In this document: piece by piece, positions 1-11,630 of the stretch
How the letters are laid out: each line of letters opens with the position of its first letter
Numbering within the stretch: position 1 is the stretch's first letter
NCBI RefSeq assembly: GCF_003704095.1
Contig: NW_020843614.1
Location: 372,001 to 436,000 of the forward strand
DNA from: Pocillopora damicornis
Lineage: Eukaryota
DNA length: 64,000 bases
Direction: 5' to 3'
Made by a program: the position numbers and the translations under genes
The notes under the pieces: generated by a model
Seen by the model: the letters and a program-made list of their open reading frames with translations, nothing else
What the model was told of the DNA's origin: nothing
Databases searched by the model: none

Positions 1-328
1 AAATGTTCAGTTTTGTTTGGAGTTGAAAATTTAAATGTGATGCTTACTAACCAATAGCATTATTCAGCAATAAGATGAGCTGTAAGTTGTACCATTACTA
101 CTAGAATAATTTTGCATTCTCATGAATATCTGACTACCTAACCTAATCCGAAATCCACTAGCCCTGGGCTGTAACACGTAACTTCCTTTGCACAGTGATG
201 TTTTGAGAACAACCAAGCAATATACACACACATGCAGTTCAGCACTGTTATTAGATACCCAACTAAACTATCCAAACTGAAATTCTTGAAGAAACTGTTG
301 TAAGATCCAACTGTAACTTGCTTCTTAC

Positions 329-3300
329 CTTCAATGCAGCCTCCGTACTGGCACAGTCATCAAATCCTTGGCACACAATGGAAGCAAGTCTTCTATCCAG
401 GTCAGCTATTCTTTCTCTAAACTGGTTGTAGTCTTCAACAAACTCCTACAGAGAAGTAAAAGGAAAAGAAGCCATACTAAGAATAGAATAAAACCAACCT
501 GAAAATGAAGACCATGATCTTGATAAAATTCTACTCTGTAGAAACTGTAAAAGCTACATGGCTAAGAGGCATTTTTTATTTCCTTTAGGCAAGGTTCAGA
601 AAACTGGCAAACTATGTATATGCTGTTTACATTTACCTCTGTACTATAATCCATTCCAACATTAAAGTGCATCTCAAACTTACCCGGTTGGTTGCATCTA
701 AGCCGTCATAGGTTCGATTACCAAACACGGCAAAAATCTCATTGAATTCTGAGAAGATTTCCACAACTTGATGACTGAGCATCTTTCCCTTGATACCACC
801 CAATTCTACCTTCTCTAGCTTAGAAAATTCCATAGTGGTGGCAAAGAGGTCCTTGATATAGACAAAATAAAATCACACATTACATTAACAACACCAACAA
901 CAAAAAAGCCAGGGTTTGAAACTAAGATTATCAGATTTCAAAGTCAGCAATCTGTTGGAGACATAGTTACTCTACTAACCTCAACAGTTTTCAATCTCAA
1001 GATAAACTGATCCATTCTGGTAAAAACTAGTTCATTGGCAAATTCCCACTGCTTAACTTCTTGCCCCTCCTTGAAGAATTTTTGGATGTTTCCTCTGACA
1101 TCTTCAAAGGTCTCCTTGAAGAATGAACAGATTTGAACTGCCTTCTGGGTTTTCTCATAAGCTTCTTCTGCCTCTGATTTGAAGATTTCTGCAGGATCCA
1201 AGTATGTTCTTGCCTATACAAAGAATTGATAATAAAAAAAATGAAGGGTGTGGAATGGGGGGAGGCTTAAAGATTAGGGTTTAATAGAGAGAGGGGTATA
1301 CCATTATTGATACCATTTATAGTAAGCAACTTACTTCTGGCTATGTTTGTGTGTCTTTAAAACAACTTGCACTAGAACAATTGCACAAAATATGGTTTCA
1401 TCATATCATATGACTCAATAATTCTTTTTTTGATTGCAAAGGTGAAAAAAGTATGTTTTAAGAGTACCCAATTACCAAGAATTGGTCCATATCCAGTTGC
1501 AGCAACAAATCTCAATTTAGCTGATTTTTCCTGACTAACTGTGACTGACAAGCATTGTTTTAAAAAAGATCATAAAATATTTGGACAAGGGCCAAACTCT
1601 ATAATTATGTACATTTTTTTTTCAAAACTGACAGTCAAATGGTAAAAACAGAAATACACAGTACAAAATCAATTTTTCACCCACAGAAAAACAAATTTAA
1701 TGACTGAAATCACTTGTAAAAAAATACAATTAAAAGTTTCTTTAAAAGTTACTTACCATTTCAATCAACATGTTGCAGAGCTCTTGCAAAAGAACAATCA
1801 TTCTTGGAGCTCTGCAGTAGTACTTTGAATTTGCCCAGATGAGACCAACTGTGTGTAGAATGGCAGGAATAATCTTATCCAACTCTGAAAAATCAAACTG
1901 CTCCATGTCATCGAGCAGGCGACGCAAAGGCTTCAGGTGAATGTTGATGTCTCTGGCTTCTTCAAGGGCTAAGAAAAACAAAAAAGTTAACAAAATTATT
2001 AAGTACAGATAAGTACCTTGCACTACTCATGGCATTACTTTGAAACAGTTGTGTGGTTAGAAAAATATCAAAAAAGTTGCAACCTTGGCAAAAATTCACT
2101 TACCAGCAACAACATCCTTATAGATTTTCTTGAAGGCTGGAAAGTAGCTGCTCTGAGTTTTTTCCAACAGTTCAGCCATTCTTCGAACTTTCACATCATG
2201 GAGCTACATGGGTAATGAAAAAGCAAATTGAGAATTTTTTTAATAAAAAAAAAACTCTAAAACTTTAATTTACTTTCTTCACTTGTTTACAGAGAATAAA
2301 TTATCGCTTTCTAAAACCCTAGTTATATGTCTATGTAAATTTCTCTTGAAAGGTGTTTTTTTTTATCAGCAGAGAAATCAAAAGAGCTGCAATTTTACTC
2401 TCTGTAATTGCCTCAAGTCTCCATTATCTTAGGAACCTCATTTTTCAGATTTGAATGCACTGACCTGTTCAAAGATGCACTCCAAGTTATTGGCACGAGC
2501 TCTCCAGAAGTCAAGTTCTACCAGTGGTCCAGGATTACGACCTTCTATCAGTGGCTGAGCTGAATTTCTTTTCAGAACACTCTGTATCTGATGTGTCCAT
2601 TCAATGATTACTGATTCAATAGAATGAACCAAACCACGATCAAATGGTTCACCTCTAGTTAAAAAAAGACAAAACAAAATGGTTAGTTACATATCAGGCT
2701 CCAGTTGACTAAAGTTTGGACATTTCACTGTTAACATGTAACAAACCATTGGACACTGAAGGATATGCAGAAATTTTCTCTTTGTGGATGGCTTACAGCT
2801 TGCAAACAACTCCAGTGTGGCACACTTCTTGTTATCTGTAGTTTTTCAGTTTGCCATGGTAAGAATTTAAATATTTATCACAAGTGCTATGAGTATACTG
2901 TGGGTGTGACTCTTAACCCTTTTAAAACTTTTAAGATCCGATTCTACATCTTCCCTCTAACTGCTACACTATTCCCTGTAAATAAATTACATGAATGTGG
3001 TATTAGATAAGTTTGAGTTTTCTTATTACCCATTTGCTGAATAATGTGTTGACATTATCAGGACAAAATTAGATGTTAATCTTTTCAAGGAGTTAAAGGG
3101 ATCCACAATTCAAATCCTAACAATTAGCTTCACCACCACTTTGGTGGAGGAAGGGTGAAGAGGGGGGGGAGGAAAGGGGGAGAGAGGGGTTTGGGAGGCT
3201 GAATACAGTTAGAATAATTCAGTGCATTTTTTCCTTCATAGTTTACTACTTTGATTTTGCTTGTGTGATAAAAAAATCGTGCCTTTGTTTGACTAAGTGG

Positions 3301-4645
3301 AGTAAAAAATAGCATTACCTGGATGCATTCTTATTACAAAATATATCTACATGTAAAAGGAGCATCCAAAGTCAACAATGCACTAAATATTTATAACAAC
3401 ATCAAAATTACATGATCCATAGACTAACTTTTCTTCAGCTTCCACAGCATCAGAGACCTGCTCTGAACCTACTGGAAGTGGTAATAATGTCTTTCCTTTC
3501 ACTTGTCCAGCAATGACAAAGACATTACTTTTGAGCTGATGGACATGGCGCAAGACATCTTGAGACACAACTGCAGGCCACTGTTCATGATTGCGAGAAT
3601 TGGACAGCAAAGGGACCAAAATCTGACAGATTTCGAAGAGAAAACATTTGATTAATAAGAGAAATTTTCTTACCCAATGTAAACAATGAAATTAATCCCT
3701 GACTCAAGTGATAGCCTCCAGGGATTTACATATTAACTAAATTAAAGATTAGCTTGAAGTCCAACCCAAAACTTTTACTGAGCACAGTTTTCTGCCATTT
3801 TTTTAAAAAAAAAAAGGTCAAACTTAATTCCTTCCTCAGTTTTCTACTCCTGGGAACAGTTGTCTATTTTCAAGTTTCATGTTATGTTAGAGTAAACTTC
3901 ATGGTCACGGTTGGTTAGTTGTTGCGCAGTTTATTTTACGACAATCGAGAAATTTTCACGACGTGAAAACCTGCGAAATGTTTGGGGCATAACAGTTTTC
4001 TTCGATTAGGATAGTAAAAATGAAATTACAGATACGAAAAATGTGTACCGGTATGCTGTAATGTATCTGTTTTGAGCAAGACTTGCAATCAATCTAATAT
4101 AACCATTAACAACTGTGGCGCTCAAACACGAGTCTAAAATTTCCCGGTTAAGCTAGGATCTTTCAGTGTGCATGCAAAATATAGTGCTTTAAACCCTGTT
4201 ACTTAACAAGTAATAAGTTAATTTGTAAGTTTCATGGTTCCCAGGGACCGATCCATCGAACTACCAAAATGCAATCACTTGCTAAGTTTGCAAAACAAAC
4301 CTCGTCTACAAGAGCTGACAATTGTTCCAAGGGGGAATAAGACAAATCTCCATAAGTTAAAGCTGTTTTGTAATTATCTTTTCCAACATTCATGCCTTTT
4401 TCCTTCTTGGAGAAATAAACAGCTTTTGCCTTCATTGCCGACGGAAAATCAAACGTTGGTTGAAGCTGTCCTGCATTATTCTGATAGATGACGAGAATAT
4501 TATTCTCTGGCTTTTCAAAGAAGTCCAAAATAGTTTGTCTGTATTCATCGTTTCCTTGTAACTTAGCCCATTTGTCTGCTTTCAGTTTCATGGACTTTAA
4601 GGTGTATTCTGATATGAACTCGAAACGAACGTCGTTGAACTCCAT
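329..4645 (-). CDS. Axonemal outer-arm dynein heavy chain beta (DNAH9/11/17-like), first 8 coding exons; gene continues beyond the left edge
   Basis: Exons with GT-AG borders and consistent phase: 4645-4301, 3622-3429, 2654-2465, 2203-2104, 1968-1757, 1213-980, 851-684, 445-329. The translation carries DHC N-terminal tail motifs: GDLSYSPLEQLSALVDE, GQVKGKTLLPLPVG, VHSIESVIIEWTHQI, NPGPLVELDFW, ALEEARDINIHLKPL, EFSKLEKVELGGIKG, DLDRRLASIVCQGFDDC. Confidence 0.93.
2913..3100. mobile_element. Degenerate TTAA-CCCTTT (piggyBac-like) MITE in a dynein intron
   Basis: Starts ttaaccctttt and ends ggagttaaaggg. Internal similarity to the 18775-18979 copy. Confidence 0.55.
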
Positions 4646-5245
4646 CCTCTTTCTGTAGCTTGACTAGTTGTGTCTGTGTTAAACGTATTTACAAATTTAC
4701 AATCTTTTGAGGTCTGGAGATCAAAAGGACTTTTCCATAAATATCACTTGTATCGTATCTGAAGGATTTCTACACGCATTTGTCGGATTTTAGCCCTCCA
4801 AACTGCAAAATTTCTGGAAAACTTGCGGCTTCGTAGGCCAGCCCTTCGTCCTTGCCCGAAATCTGCAAATACTCTTGGCGCAAGGTTACTATGGAAACGT
4901 AATGTTTACCGCTGTTCCTAGGGCCGCCATTTTGGACTTTTCCTCCAAACTAAAGCATGGGATTTTGCCCTTTCATTCAAGTCGTTAAGTTCTCGTTTTA
5001 CTTCCTCACACCCAAATTTATTCTTCTGATATTATAAACCTTATTTTTTTGAAGATTCAAAAATAAGAACTTGTGAAAAATCACTAGAAAGTTTTCAGGT
5101 CAAGTTTCCGAATCCTCTCTCCCCTGGATGGTAAATTTTCGTGACATTCCCATGATGCAGGGCGGTCAGAATATAAATAAACATGGCTACATTGTTAGTC
5201 GCTTAACAAAATGTTCTAACCGCAATAAGGAACATATTTTATTTA
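4646..5245. promoter_or_regulatory. Putative bidirectional promoter, dynein / ASB-like gene
   Basis: Divergent ATGs 600 bp apart. Contains YY1-like GCCGCCATTTT (4923-4933) and ZNF143/Staf-like TTCCCATGATGC (5147-5158). Confidence 0.55.
4885..4909. promoter_or_regulatory. RFX X-box plus forkhead (FoxJ1-type) site upstream of the dynein gene
   Basis: GTTACTATGGAAAC (4885-4898) fits the X-box consensus GTHNYYATRRNAAC exactly. TGTTTAC follows at 4903-4909. Both lie about 240 bp upstream of the dynein ATG. Confidence 0.7.
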
Positions 5246-8042
5246 ATGGGTAACATAAGCGATGTCGAAAAGACCATTGAACGAAAGCCCAAAGAAGCAC
5301 AATTATTATATGCCGCTGAAAATGGGCAAGTTGATAAGTTACAAGCCCTTCTTTCCGAGAAGGACGTTCAGGTAGACTGCCCAAATAGTTCTGCTGTTAC
5401 AGCTTTATTTCTGGCAGCGAAAGAAGGACACGATGAATGTCTCAGGCTGTTACTTGAAGCTGGAGCAAAAGTAAACGGCATCGGGCTTGGTAACACAGCA
5501 CTAACGCCGCTGTGGGTAGCGACTTACGCCGGTCATAAAAACTGCGTGGAAAGATTGGTAAAAGCAGGTGCCGATCTCAATACAAAGTTTCCTGAAACAC
5601 CTTTGTTTATTGCGGCACGTGAAGGAAAGGCAGACTGTCTCAAGATTCTAATAGAAGCTGGTAGTAATGTTAATGTTAAGAACAATCGAGGACAAAATCC
5701 AATGCATATTGCTTGTTCAGAAGTTCACGAGAGCTGTGTAGAACTTTTGGTAAGTGCAGCGACTTTGAGTGACTTACAATAATCAAATATTTGGCTCGGA
5801 CTGCGAAATTATTACACCATAGAGTGGCAAAGTAGCAGGGGGGGGGGGGTGCACTGCACTCAGGGAGGGCTTGTGGCCAGTAGTTGATCATTGTAACCCG
5901 GAATAATCCTATGGTTAGCTTTACGTAAAATATTTCTTTTAAGGCAAGGGGTCCTGGCTTGTCATCCTAAGGCATCGTTTAATCTATCAGCATCTTGGTA
6001 TCTTGCTCTGAGTAACTTTATCAGATCAATATTAGTATCTGGGAAACTACCCACCTACCCCTCCCCTAACCCAGCAACAGTCTATCGATAACAACTTCGG
6101 GTTAATGTTGGGTTAGGGGAGGGGTAGGTGGGCAGTTGCCCAGATACTGATATTGATCCACTTTATCCTTACAACTTAAATTTTTCCCTGTTTTGCATCA
6201 TCATAGGCAAACACAGAATGTGAATTGGATGCTATAGATCAGAGTGGTTGTACTCCTTTGCACCATGCATGTATCAATGCACCAGATGGTCACAGTTCAG
6301 TCAAGGTATTTATAGTTACCTTTCGAACTTTCTTTTAATAAATCATGCATGTGAAGCTCGGTTTAAGAAATGAATTTGAAAGTGATCTTTGCAGTAATGA
6401 ACACTGTCTAGGCAGTATTTAAAATAAGGCCTGAAAAAAAATTCAGGTCTGTATGGGATTTGAACCCAAGACCTTTGCAATACTGTTGCACTGCTCTACC
6501 AACTGAGCTAACAAGCCCACTGGGAGCTGGTCATTATGTTGGTTCATATTAAACCTGTGAAGTGATGACTAAATGACTGTAAGTATATGAAAATCATACT
6601 TGTCAACTGCAGTTTAAGAATTGAATTTGAAAGTAACATTTGCAGTAAAAGTTACCTTTTTATTGGCAATAGTTACATTTATACTACTGACTTTAAAAAA
6701 TAATTATAATAGAAGCAAAGTACTTTCAAGAGTTTTTCTAGACAGCTTAAGAAGTAAGAAAAGCCCTCAACAAGAAATTCTGATGTACATGCCTTGGATA
6801 AGAAGCTATGACATACATTACATGCTTTTTCTTTTACTTGTTGATAATATTCAATTGTTGCACAAAAGCTTCACATCAAATCCCTGGGGTTCATTCAGAA
6901 TTTATAACTCATGTAAATTTATGAAAGAAAATTACAGAAGTCCATAACTATGCTAGTATTTTTAGACAACTATGCTTTGATACTTTAAAACTTGGCACAA
7001 TTGCAAAAGAAAGGCATCTGTGCTGGACTTCATCAAACTCTATAGAACTCTTTGGTAGGGAAACATTTGACTGTGATCTTTATTATAGTGGTCATGTATG
7101 ATGAAAACATTGCAAAAGTTTCAAGACTTTTTAAGTTGAAAGGTTGTAAAATTTATGCGAAGGTTTTTTTCAACATCTTACTCTAGGAGTTTTCAGTTTG
7201 TGTTTTTATGTGGAATATTTTCAACAAAGCAGTTACTATGCAAAGTAATTAGAGCTGATCAGAAGCATTTTAGACCTTAGAAAGGAGAATGGTGTAATGT
7301 GTCCTTTCAAAATTTACTGTGTACAGGTAACACAAGAATATTCTCTCAATTGTCATTTAGATGCTTGTGCAAATGGGAGCAGCAGTAAATATTTCTTCTA
7401 GATGTTGGAACCATGCCACATCCTTGCACTACTGTTCACAACTTGGAAAAATAGAAAATGTCAAACTTTTAATAAAATATGGTGCGAATGTGTTCATAAA
7501 AGACAAATGTGGTCAGACGGCAAGAGACAGGGCTCAGAAATACCCAGAATGTGAAAAACTTCTTCAACAACAAGAAGGTGTTTCAAAACCTTATCCTATT
7601 ACTCATTGCATATATTTTGTACATTTTTGTGTAATTTTTGTTTGTGGTAGAGTAAACCTCACTGTTTTCCTTTTTAATCCACTATTTTTATGTGTGTTTC
7701 CTTCTGAAGCAATTGTTATAATGGTTTCTCTAAGTTATCCACAAATCTTCCCATAGAAGAGAATATCATTGAAATGCTCTTTCCCAAATCTCATACAGAA
7801 ACCACTGAGAAGGACCTTACTAATATCATATACTGACTACCTGACGAATTTGATTATTATTATTATTATTATTATTGTTTGTTATTATTATTAATCAATA
7901 ACTTTTACCCTGACACACAGCTAGACCATCAAGCTTGCTCCAGTTGAGTTGCTGGTCACTCAGAGGAACCCTGGGAACTAAAGGTCTCAAGAAAGTACAT
8001 GAACTGCCAATACCACTGACTCTCAAACAGTTTTTACTATAA
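5246..8042 (+). CDS. Ankyrin repeat and SOCS box (ASB-family) protein
   Basis: Exons 5246-5749, 6207-6305 (99 nt, one ankyrin repeat), 7361-7577, 7921-8042. Multiple ankyrin motifs (TALFLAAKEGH, TPLWVATYAGH, TPLFIAAREG, TPLHHAC, TSLHYC). The last exon encodes a SOCS box, PSSLLQLSCWSLRGTLG...VHELPIPLTLKQFLL*. Confidence 0.9.
6024..6158. mobile_element. Palindromic MITE with long terminal inverted repeats
   Basis: gatcaatattagtatctgggaaactacccacctacccctcccctaaccc at the left end is near-perfectly inverted as gggttaggggaggggtaggtgggcagttgcccagatactgatattgatc at the right end. Confidence 0.85.
6350..6650 (-). repeat. tRNA-derived repeat flanked by direct repeats
   Basis: The minus strand of about 6445-6520 reads ggcttgttagctcagttggtagagcag...gggttcaaatccc (Pol III A and B boxes). 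gtttaagaawtgaatttgaaagt...tttgcagtaa is repeated at 6361 and 6612. Confidence 0.7.
7852..7893. repeat. (ATT)n microsatellite
   Basis: Direct inspection. Confidence 0.9.
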
Positions 8043-8537
8043 AAATGGAATATTTTACACAGCATGTAAACAATTTGTAATTCAGGTGAAGACTGATGCA
8101 TCACTGCAAAGTCTATCTCCTGTTACACAAAGTCATAGTAAAAACAGGCAGAGTGAGGTAAAACAAAGCTGATACTGTCGCACCGTTTTGTAGTTTATGT
8201 AATCTGAACGGAAGGTCTTCTGAGATAGTAGTGGTTAAAATGTATTGAAGCAACGGGTAATCCAGTACAACACAGAAAACGGTTTCATTTCCGTTATCTT
8301 TCGAACCATGTTCACTACTGCGTTCCCTTGAACTTTCTTGGCTACGAGACCTGCAGTCGGGCACGTTTACAAAATGACTGAACCTCTGGCTGTCAAATTT
8401 TACTTTCACAGAATTTCCACTAGGAGGTACTTTTAAACTTCTTGAGTGTATCAGATGTTAATTAAGAAGTGTTACTTTATGACAAAAATTGACGGTTTTC
8501 TTTTTTGACGATATATCAGAAGTTGGATATACTGTAA

Positions 8538-9042
8538 AGCCCTGTTCAAACGGTCATGATAGTTGATGAAAGTTTCAACTACCACGCGCTTGAACACGAA
8601 CTATCATGCACTGTCATCGACTATGATGTAGTTTGGACATGTTCCAATTCGACATGATAGTTGATGATAGTTTTTACCGTTTGAACGAGCGGGTGATTGT
8701 GAATGATAGTTTTTACGGCAAGCAGTTAGTCAAAGTCAAAGATGGGCCCAAACCGAAATAGCAAAGGGTAAAATGACTACGGTAGTTGTTAAAACTTCGC
8801 AGAATGTCTCGTAGTTCATTCTCATCATCCCCTGGTAGGCTTCAGTATCTTCAACTCGCAACTTATTGACTGAAATTTCAAATGCCACCGAAGTTGCAGA
8901 CCTCAGCACGCGCGATACTTTTTTACACTTACGCGATCCCATTGCGTGATTTTGTCAACTATCATGAACCGTTTGAACGCAAACCTGATAGTGGATGATA
9001 GTTGAAACTATCGTCGACTATCATGACCGTTTGAACGGGGCT
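8538..9042 (-). mobile_element. Non-autonomous PIF/Harbinger-like DNA transposon with a transposase remnant
   Basis: TIRs of about 45 bp (agccctgttcaaacggtcatgatagttgatgaaagtttcaacta / tagttgaaactatcgtcgactatcatgaccgtttgaacggggct), flanked by TAA and TAG. The internal minus-strand ORF 8736-8942 (KLRVEDTEAYQGMMRMNYETFCEVL) resembles the N-terminus of Harbinger/ALP1-like transposases. Confidence 0.75.
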
Positions 9043-9076
9043 TAGAAGACATGTAATTGCATCAATCTCGACGCTT

Positions 9077-9215
9077 TAGCCTTATTCAAATGGTTATGAT
9101 AGTTGATGTTAGTTTCAACTTTAATTCACTATCTTTGACTATCATGTTTGCGTTCAAACGGTTCTTGATAGTTGGTGAGAGTTGACAAAATCACGCAATG
9201 AAATCGCGTAAACAA
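9077..9215 (+). mobile_element. Truncated second end of the same Harbinger-like element, inverted
   Basis: agccttattcaaatggttatgatagttgatgttagtttcaact matches the TIR. gttgacaaaatcacgcaatg..atcgcgtaa is the reverse complement of about 8929-8960. Confidence 0.65.
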
Positions 9216-9726
9216 GTAGGGGCGAACGAATCGTGTTATCACGGAAAGCAGTATTTATGCTTCTTTTTTGAAGATTTAGGTCTTGTTCACAATAGAAGGC
9301 AATGAAATACAAGAATAAACATTAGAGAAGGGTCGTCGTGTTCATATTACTCTTCCTAAGCAGCAAATAGAACAAGATAAGGGGCTTATCTGGAAAACGA
9401 GTCGGTATTCGCCTTTTTTTTTAAGTTTTCATATTAAAATATTGAATGGAGTCAGAGAAATGTTGTCTTACTCTGTATCTGGATATTTCTTCCCTTTCAC
9501 CAGCTCTATCAGTTACAGTTCTCATGAACGACGGTCAAATAATAACATTTTCTTTTTACGGGTTTTCGCTTTCGTCGCCCAGCACGCGCCATCACTAAAA
9601 ATAACGATCTCTGTTTTGAAAACATAACGGATTAGGTTAACGGACAGTTCACGCGAATTGTAATAGTGGTTATTAATGAAAGGTACTTAGTGGTGATCTA
9701 GAAATTGAAGGAAATATCTGTCTACA

Positions 9727-11630
9727 ATGGATAATGATAGCTCCCCGGTTTTATTTGAACGTAACATAGAGGACAACGGAACAGCAACGGAGGAATGTGC
9801 GATTGGTTCAAACCCAGTTTCACCGAATTCAAATGATTCACTGATACCTGAGAAAAAAGATCAGCAGGATTCAAAAACTGACCAGAAACCTTTGAAAAGC
9901 TCAGATGTAAGCTTGATTTTGAGTGATGATGTCAACGGAGACCCAGTTTGGCTGCAAATCGATGAAGAAACTGTATTAAAAGTCGAAGAGCATCGTGAAA
10001 TGGGATGGAAACAAGAGTTTGTCGAGAGGGTAAAGAGAGCATGCATCCTCGGTATAGGAGGAGTGATTTTCGTTCCTATTATCACTGGTGAGACACTTCT
10101 TTAAAAAAATTGTTTTTTCTTATACTTTCAAATACTAATTTAGGAATTCTTTAGTTCTTGGTCACAAACTGAAGCTAATTTGACCGACTGTCGAAAAACC
10201 AGAAGAACGAACAAAAAAGTTGCTCTATTCCGCAAATTTCAGAAGCACATTAAATTTTTTCATAACCAGAAAAATCATATACAACTTTAATCTGAAACGT
10301 GACAAATTTTACTCTAACAGCAGCTGGCGCAGTCAGCCCTCCTGTTCTCCTTGCACAAAAGTGGACGAACGGACGAGAAAAAGGTAGATACTCTACCATT
10401 GGCTTGGGCGTTTTGGTTGGGACACTATTTCTCCCGATCTTGGCACCTTGGGGTATCTACAAGCTGTTTAAACGTTTTTATACAATATTACCGAAGAAAG
10501 TTGATTATTGGATAAATCGTTGGAACGGCGATGTCACAAGCCCCCTTGGGAAACACCACTATGAAAATGGCTCAGTAGAGTTCAAAATTCCAGAAAGCAT
10601 TGTTATTAACACTGATCGGGCTCAAGTCTACAGTCCTGATCTAGGAGTTCCGAGCACAAGTCAGCTTGTGACACCTGATAGTCACATAAATGTGGATTGG
10701 TCAAATGTTAGCGACCAAGAAGATGTAAACGAAGCCCAAGTAGAACGAGTCAAGGCGTTTTTAGAGGGATTAGAATACAACATCGGGCATTTCGACAAGG
10801 TGGAAGAATATTACCGAGAATGCTGGTTGAATGAAGGACAGGAAGTTTTATCTGACGTGGAAGACGACGACGGGCGCCTTGACACTCAGCTGTTATGTGT
10901 CAGAAAAGTTGTGTCCGACACTTTTGTCAATGCAAAAACAGCTGAAGTAGATTTTAATATGTGCGAATTTGCCGCCGGCCTCTGCAGTAGTAGGTGTTTA
11001 ATTAATCAAAGACCTCATGAAGTGAGTCAAGCATCAAGAGGAAAAGATACTGATGGAACTTTAAAAGGCGGAAAATCTCCAGGCAATTTAGAAGAGAACT
11101 TTTCCGAAGCTCAGATAACAACACAAGTATCGGACAAAAGTTGTGCTCCTCTGAATGAAGATGTCGAGGGCCTTCCTGAAATGAGACCAAAAGATCAAGT
11201 ATCAGATGGCAGCGGTGCTCCCTTGTGCACTGGCACAAAGGACCTCCCTGAAAAGGGACCTAAAAAGAAGGCCAAACGAAGACGCAGAAAGCGAACTGGC
11301 GAGCAAGTGTCGACAAAAAATCACACCAGTTCTACGACAGGCGAAGATAATGACACATCGCATTCAAACCCTACGACACCGCTCTTACAGCAAGAGGACA
11401 AAGAAACAGAGAGAGCCACTGAAGTACAAGAGGACAAAGAGATAACACCTGAAAAGAAGCTTGGAAAAACTGGAAATGCAGCCCGAGAAGCCAACACTCC
11501 TTCCACAAACCAGTTGGTCACAAAAAATGAAATGTCTGAAATACTCAGAATTAACGGGCAGTTTGAACTAAAGCCGAGCGATGAACCAAAGCGCTGTCTT
11601 TACATGGCTCACTTTAATCACATTGATTAA
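9727..11630 (+). CDS. Uncharacterised protein of about 556 aa with two hydrophobic segments and a basic NLS-like tract
   Basis: Exon 1 is 9727-10087 (G|GTGAG). Exon 2 is 10321-11630, or starts at 10324 (CAGCAG acceptor). The join is in frame (PIIT-AAGAVSPP). Long open frame; no family recognised. Confidence 0.7.

Noticed and set aside
143-168. Possible tiny dynein exon bounded by CAG and GTTAGG
   Set aside because: 26 nt would shift the frame, and the translation does not resemble the expected dynein continuation.
6445-6522. Possible functional tRNA gene (also 48955-49025)
   Set aside because: Acceptor and anticodon stems pair poorly, and the sequences sit within repeat units; treated as tRNA-derived repeats.
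6621-6947. 108 aa ORF with a signal-anchor-like start inside the ASB intron
   Set aside because: Begins at TTG within a repeat edge, is AT-rich and has no recognisable domain; likely spurious.
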